From: a virus
Taxonomy: Duplodnaviria > Caudoviricetes
Strand: one strand, 5' to 3'
Virus record (IMG/VR): IMGVR_UViG_3300015375_001377
Coordinates: 1 to 64,000 of that record
Length of the DNA: 64,000 nucleotides
The notes below the pieces were generated by a model. That model did not search any database. It was not told the origin of the DNA and worked only from the letters and a program-made list of their open reading frames with translations. Shown piece by piece: positions 59,848-64,000 of the stretch (its first letter is position 1; each line of letters opens with the position of its first letter). Position numbers and translations under genes: made by a program.

Positions 59848-60945
59848 TTAATAACCACCGTAAGTTTTTTTGTATAAATGCGGCTTAAACTCATCACTAT
59901 CTTGTTTATGTATTTTAGGAGTGATAACTTTTTTCTTAAGCCTTATTACATAAGTTATCACAATATCACCAACTTCCATTAGTAATGCCATAAGCATACA
60001 AACAATAGCAGTTATATCAAATCTAAATAATGCATTAAAAGCTAAAGTTAAAATATTATCCGTATTTTTTGGAGTAACAGCTTTATAATCAACTCCAATT
60101 TTAGAAAAATGACTAGAAAAGAAACTGTTTATCTTTAACATTTCTTTTTCTACATCTTTAAAATTAGTGGTATCTGTCAATGAGTTTTTAAGAGCAAGAA
60201 TTTCATTTTCAAACGTTTGAATATTTTCATTTATTATTTGAAGCTTTTCTTCTTTTGCTTTAACCAACGTTTCGTTTTCTTCCCTAATAGAATTTTTTTG
60301 TGCATCTAGTTCAAGAGTTAAAGAAGACTCTGTTCTCCTTACATTAGATACTAATTCTTTTGCTTTAGGACCCTCACCAACTTTACCAGTAGTATAATCA
60401 GACTTTACACCTTGTTTTTCATCTAAAACAAGCTGTCTTGCTTCATTTAATTTTTTATTTGCTTCTAATTCAAATTCAGACAAATTATTATTGTTTATTT
60501 TTATCTTAGAATCTGCTTCCTTAGTTATTTTTTCTTTTTGTTGTTCTATACTTAATTTGTAATTCTTTTCTAAAATATTAATATTTTCCACTAACGTTAA
60601 TTTACCTTTTTTTAATTCATCGTTTATTGCTGTTTCAGAATAGAAACCTGCAAAATCAAAAATAGTTGGCAGTAAACTCAAAAACACACAAAGCAAAGCT
60701 GCTTTATGATCAAATTCATCTCTTCCAAATAGAATTATTTTTACACAGTATGGAAGACCAACTACCGCAAGCGCTGCAATAGCTATTAGGAAAAAATTCC
60801 AAGTACTTAATATTTGATGTAGTGCATGAAAAGCAAAAATAAAAGCAACTGTAATTACAACCCAATAAACATAGTCTATAGCCTTACAAGCAACCTTATT
60901 GCTTGTATAGAAGCCAAATATAGTTCTATATTGTTCAATTTGCAA
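59848..60945 (-). CDS. Membrane protein, 3 N-terminal TM + coiled coil + C-terminal TM (DUF4407-like)
   Basis: Hydrophobic segments aa about 25-70 and 80-100, GKVGEGPKA loop in the coiled coil, C-terminal IVCMLMALLMEVG. Confidence 0.6.
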   Translation of the reverse strand: MQIEQYRTIFGFYTSNKVACKAIDYVYWVVITVAFIFAFHALHQILSTWNFFLIAIAALAVVGLPYCVKIILFGRDEFDHKAALLCVFLSLLPTIFDFAGFYSETAINDELKKGKLTLVENINILEKNYKLSIEQQKEKITKEADSKIKINNNNLSEFELEANKKLNEARQLVLDEKQGVKSDYTTGKVGEGPKAKELVSNVRRTESSLTLELDAQKNSIREENETLVKAKEEKLQIINENIQTFENEILALKNSLTDTTNFKDVEKEMLKINSFFSSHFSKIGVDYKAVTPKNTDNILTLAFNALFRFDITAIVCMLMALLMEVGDIVITYVIRLKKKVITPKIHKQDSDEFKPHLYKKTYGGY

Positions 60946-61122
60946 TTACTTAACCTTTTTAAGGCGGCCTTTACTTTTTTTCTTTTTAGAAGGCTTTAAT
61001 TTAGACTTAATACTGTCCCTTATATCTTCAATACTGTATAAAGCATTGTAATATATCCCTGATACGCTGTCTTTTAAGTCTAACAACTTAAACTTAATAG
61101 CATAATAAATATCTTCTATCAT
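60946..61122 (-). CDS. 58-aa basic protein, absent from the ORF track
   Basis: Hand translation MIEDIYYAIKFKLLDLKDSVSGIYYNALYSIEDIRDSIKSKLKPSKKKKSKGRLKKVK; its TAA abuts the TTG start of 59848-60945. Confidence 0.55.
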   Translation of the reverse strand: MIEDIYYAIKFKLLDLKDSVSGIYYNALYSIEDIRDSIKSKLKPSKKKKSKGRLKKVK

Positions 61123-61134
61123 ATATATATATAT
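61121..61134. repeat. (AT)7 microsatellite between the late promoter and start codon of the 58-aa ORF
   Basis: atatatatatatat; minus-strand TAAATA at 61137-61132, N9 to the ATG. Confidence 0.7.
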
Positions 61135-61160
61135 TTATTATAATTTCTATATATTTACAG

Positions 61161-61166
61161 TAAATA
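61161..61166 (+). promoter_or_regulatory. Late promoter
   Basis: TAAATA-N6-ATG(61173). Confidence 0.65.
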
Positions 61167-61172
61167 CTTTAG

Positions 61173-62399
61173 ATGACGGATTTTTTTGTAAGGAGTACAA
61201 GAGGTAGCGAGTTTAAAGTATCTAAAAATACTTTGTTAAAAGCTAATGCTTCTCTTGCAAGCGGTATGATAATAACTGCACCAGCGTCTCCTACTCCTAC
61301 TCCTACCCCTACCCCAACATTAACCACAACTCTTTCACCTACACCTACAAAGACCGTTACACCTACAGTTACAAAAACGCCAACAAGAACACCAACAAGA
61401 ACACCAACAGTTACACCAACTAATACAACTACTATTACCCCCACCAAGTCGCCAACTGCAACACCTACACTTACACCTTCTGAAACCCCAACCAATACAC
61501 CTACACCTTCTATTACCCCAACTATTACACCTACACTTCCACCTTTCGTTGGATGTAATGCAGCTTATATAGGTTTCGGTGGTAGTACAGGAGCTGTTAA
61601 TGAGACAGCGGAAATTCTCTCACTTACATTTAGTAGCTCATATACATTCTTTAGTACTGTATGCGCGTTTGATACAGTAGATTATATTATTAATGGTGAT
61701 ACAGTTCTTGACAATGGTATAGCAAGATTAACTGATTATAATAATCTTGATACTCAAGCATCAGCTCTTTATAGAAACTTAGATATTAAATTTACCTCAC
61801 AGTCACCCGGTATTTCTATAGATGACTTTAAAGTGGAATACTCGTTTAAAATAACAAGACCTTACCCGGGCTTTTTTGATAGAGCTGACGGTATAACATT
61901 TATTATACAATCCGACGGCCTGGTCAGAGTAATAGGTAAGGGTGGCTCAGGTCTTGGCTATGCAGGTACACCTTACAGTATTGCAATTGAGTATGATACT
62001 TTTGGTAATCCATTTGATCCCCTATACGCATTATCTGGAAGCTTTAATCATATAGCACTACTTTCAGGCGGATCTACAACAAATCACTTACAATACAATG
62101 CTGATTTATATGATTATAATACTGGAAATAATCTGGATCTTGCAGATGGTTTAATCAAGTATAACTGGATAGATTATACAAACGGTGTAATGTCTATATA
62201 CATTAGTAATAGCAGTGTAAAGCCACCTACACCTGTAATATCCAGACCATGGAATTTTGCATTTGAAGTATTCGGAGATTGCTATCCCCCGTTAGGTTAC
62301 AATAGACCTTTAAGCAATTCTAATAATTATAATTTACCACCAGAATTAACACCTTCTTTAACGAGATCACCAACTCCTACACCTACTTACATACCATAA
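61173..62399 (+). CDS. Adhesin: basic N-terminal anchor + Pro/Thr stalk + L-type lectin + short PT tail
   Basis: [37 protein letters not shown] legume-lectin pattern. Confidence 0.75.
   Translation: MTDFFVRSTRGSEFKVSKNTLLKANASLASGMIITAPASPTPTPTPTPTLTTTLSPTPTKTVTPTVTKTPTRTPTRTPTVTPTNTTTITPTKSPTATPTLTPSETPTNTPTPSITPTITPTLPPFVGCNAAYIGFGGSTGAVNETAEILSLTFSSSYTFFSTVCAFDTVDYIINGDTVLDNGIARLTDYNNLDTQASALYRNLDIKFTSQSPGISIDDFKVEYSFKITRPYPGFFDRADGITFIIQSDGLVRVIGKGGSGLGYAGTPYSIAIEYDTFGNPFDPLYALSGSFNHIALLSGGSTTNHLQYNADLYDYNTGNNLDLADGLIKYNWIDYTNGVMSIYISNSSVKPPTPVISRPWNFAFEVFGDCYPPLGYNRPLSNSNNYNLPPELTPSLTRSPTPTPTYIP
61281..61544 (+). repeat. Pro/Thr coding tract
   Basis: TPTPTPTP...[10 protein letters not shown]. 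Confidence 0.85.
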
Positions 62400-62404
62400 T
62401 TTAA

Positions 62405-62410
62405 TAAATA
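62405..62410 (+). promoter_or_regulatory. Late promoter
   Basis: ATAAATA-N6-ATG(62417). Confidence 0.65.
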
Positions 62411-62416
62411 ATTATT

Positions 62417-64000
62417 ATGGCAGGTAATGCTCGTTTTCATAATAAACTACACAGAAGAAACCACCATACTCTACCTTCTGTGGGATATCCTGATTCCGGA
62501 ACAGACCCAATAGCCTCGCCTGCAGAGCCTTTTCAAGGAGATTTTGGTCTTAATGGGTCTCTCTCTGGCACCGGTAATTTAGTATTTGACGGTAATGGTA
62601 CTTTTTTAGGCAATCTTTCTGTATACGGTGATTTTTCTTATTTTGAAACATACGTTACTATTTCAAGCGCCCTTTCTGTAATTAATAATGGAACAGGCCC
62701 TGCGTTAACTGTTGTACAAGCTGGAGATGAGCCTGTTGCAAGATTTATTGATAAGAATGACGGTTGTGCTTTATTTATAGAAGACAACGGTCAAGTTACT
62801 ATTAATACTTGCATACCTCCTGGACAAGTTTGGGATCCAAATACTAATACATTACAAAATATAAATTTAACTCTTGGCGGTATAATGTCTGCTTCAGGTG
62901 CAATAAGACACAATACCCCCACATCACAAGTTATTTTTGTAAGTCAATCTGGTAATGATAGTTTTTCTGGGTTAAACCCTTCTCAAGCATTACGCACAAT
63001 AAAGAAAGCTGCAAAAATTGCTTTTGATAAATATTATCCCAGAGCTGTTACTATTTTTGTTGATGCTGGTAGATATGTTGAAAACAATCCTATTTATTTA
63101 CCAGCACGCACTACAGTAATAGGAAATAATTTAAGAAGTGTAGATGTAATCCCTTATAATAAAAGAGAAGATATTTTTTGGTGTAATAATGGGTGTTATA
63201 TTTGGGGAGTGACATTTAGAGAGCATTATGACCCCTGTGCTGCTACTGCTTTTCCTCAAACGCTTTCAGGAACTTTAGGTTATAATGTTGCATATAAAAC
63301 ACCTGGTTATGAAATATCTACAACCAGAGTTGGCCCTCCTTTTGGTCTTCCAATAGTATCCAAACCTTACATTACAACTAGTCCATATACTCAAGGTAAT
63401 AGTAGCATTGCAAGATTTTTAACCTTACCATTATCCTCTGTAGCCCAATCTCTTGATCCTGAACTTAACCCAGGCGTAAACGCTATAGGATCAATGCAAG
63501 GTTGTTTTGATACAATTGTCGATATCATCTATAACGGAACCGATTCAACAGCAGTATCAACTTTTCGTATTACGGAAGCTAACCTAGCATGTGAAGCACT
63601 ACTAAAAGCTAATAAAGAATACTTTGCTGACGCTGTTATTAATTTCATTAACACCACTTACCCGGGGTTTGTTTATGATCAAATTAAATGCTATAGAGAT
63701 GTAGGCTACATAATAGATTGTGTTAGTAGTGATTTGGTTATTGGTTCAACTTTAAGCTCAGTAAATGCAGGTAATTATTATTGGAATGGTGTTGTAAGTT
63801 TAATTGAAGGTCAAGAGCAACAGACATCAGCTGCTATAAAATATTTGAGAAACTTGGCTACAAGCTTTGCAACTAACGCAGGAGCATTGCAAGTATCGAG
63901 ATGTTTAGGGTTAATAGATGATATAAAATTTATTATTAACAACGGATTAAATTTTGTACCCGCATCTTCTACTGTTGTTGATTACCCAGGTATAGTTGAG
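62417..64000 (+). CDS. Large fibre/virion structural protein with beta-helix-type domain, 3'-truncated (not in track)
   Basis: Hand translation is open to the window end: MAGNARFHNKLHRRNHH..., IFVSQSGNDSFSG...RTIKKA, VDAGRYVENNPIYLP, IGNNLRSV, KCYRDVGYIIDCVSSDL; these patterns recur in marine T4-like virion proteins. Confidence 0.7.
   Translation, partial: MAGNARFHNKLHRRNHHTLPSVGYPDSGTDPIASPAEPFQGDFGLNGSLSGTGNLVFDGNGTFLGNLSVYGDFSYFETYVTISSALSVINNGTGPALTVVQAGDEPVARFIDKNDGCALFIEDNGQVTINTCIPPGQVWDPNTNTLQNINLTLGGIMSASGAIRHNTPTSQVIFVSQSGNDSFSGLNPSQALRTIKKAAKIAFDKYYPRAVTIFVDAGRYVENNPIYLPARTTVIGNNLRSVDVIPYNKREDIFWCNNGCYIWGVTFREHYDPCAATAFPQTLSGTLGYNVAYKTPGYEISTTRVGPPFGLPIVSKPYITTSPYTQGNSSIARFLTLPLSSVAQSLDPELNPGVNAIGSMQGCFDTIVDIIYNGTDSTAVSTFRITEANLACEALLKANKEYFADAVINFINTTYPGFVYDQIKCYRDVGYIIDCVSSDLVIGSTLSSVNAGNYYWNGVVSLIEGQEQQTSAAIKYLRNLATSFATNAGALQVSRCLGLIDDIKFIINNGLNFVPASSTVVDYPGIVE

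Noticed and set aside
49525-61495. Val/Gly-rich minus-strand ORFs (49525, 50938, 51214, 53170, 54346, 61169)
   Set aside because: They are antisense shadows of ACN/CCN repeats, which cannot produce stops in that frame, and they have no promoter boxes.
1-64000. tRNA/rRNA genes, integrase/att sites, or cellular (prophage-flank) sequence
   Set aside because: Intergenic gaps are mostly under 60 bp with no cloverleaf-like sequence; content is continuous T4-like lytic phage genes.

Overview
This is a 64-kb AT-rich, gene-dense segment of a large T4-like (Tevenvirinae/Kyanoviridae-style) myovirus genome. I saw no tRNA, CRISPR array, integrase, intron or intein. 1-20.4 kb is replication/recombination (gp46, gp43, UvsX, gp41, gp32, gp45, gp61, DHH nuclease), with QueC, a class-II glutamine amidotransferase, two glycosyltransferases and an RmlD-like NDP-sugar reductase interleaved. 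20.4-48.8 kb is neck, terminase, tail and baseplate (gp14, gp17, gp3, gp18, gp19, gp54, gp26/51, gp29, gp48, gp53, gp27, gp16, gp25, gp6, gp7-like) with a dut-gp44 island. 48.8-64 kb encodes adhesin/fibre proteins with long Pro/Thr/Ser stalks, L-type lectin, LamG, PKD and beta-helix domains. Main observations: (1) an apparently Shine-Dalgarno-free expression design, in which most genes have either a sigma70-type -35/N16/-10 promoter 6 nt before the start codon, a TAAATA late promoter 5-6 nt before it, or a stop/start overlap; (2) a candidate phage-encoded virion glycosylation system (two GTs, RmlD, four mucin-like PT-stalk proteins, a recurrent L-S-[A/G] motif in virion proteins, lectin tips); (3) a LamG domain apparently split across two in-frame fibre genes separated by one TAA; (4) QueC with a stand-alone GATase, resembling a split Gat-QueC. 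All product calls come from motif recognition by eye; no database searches were run.
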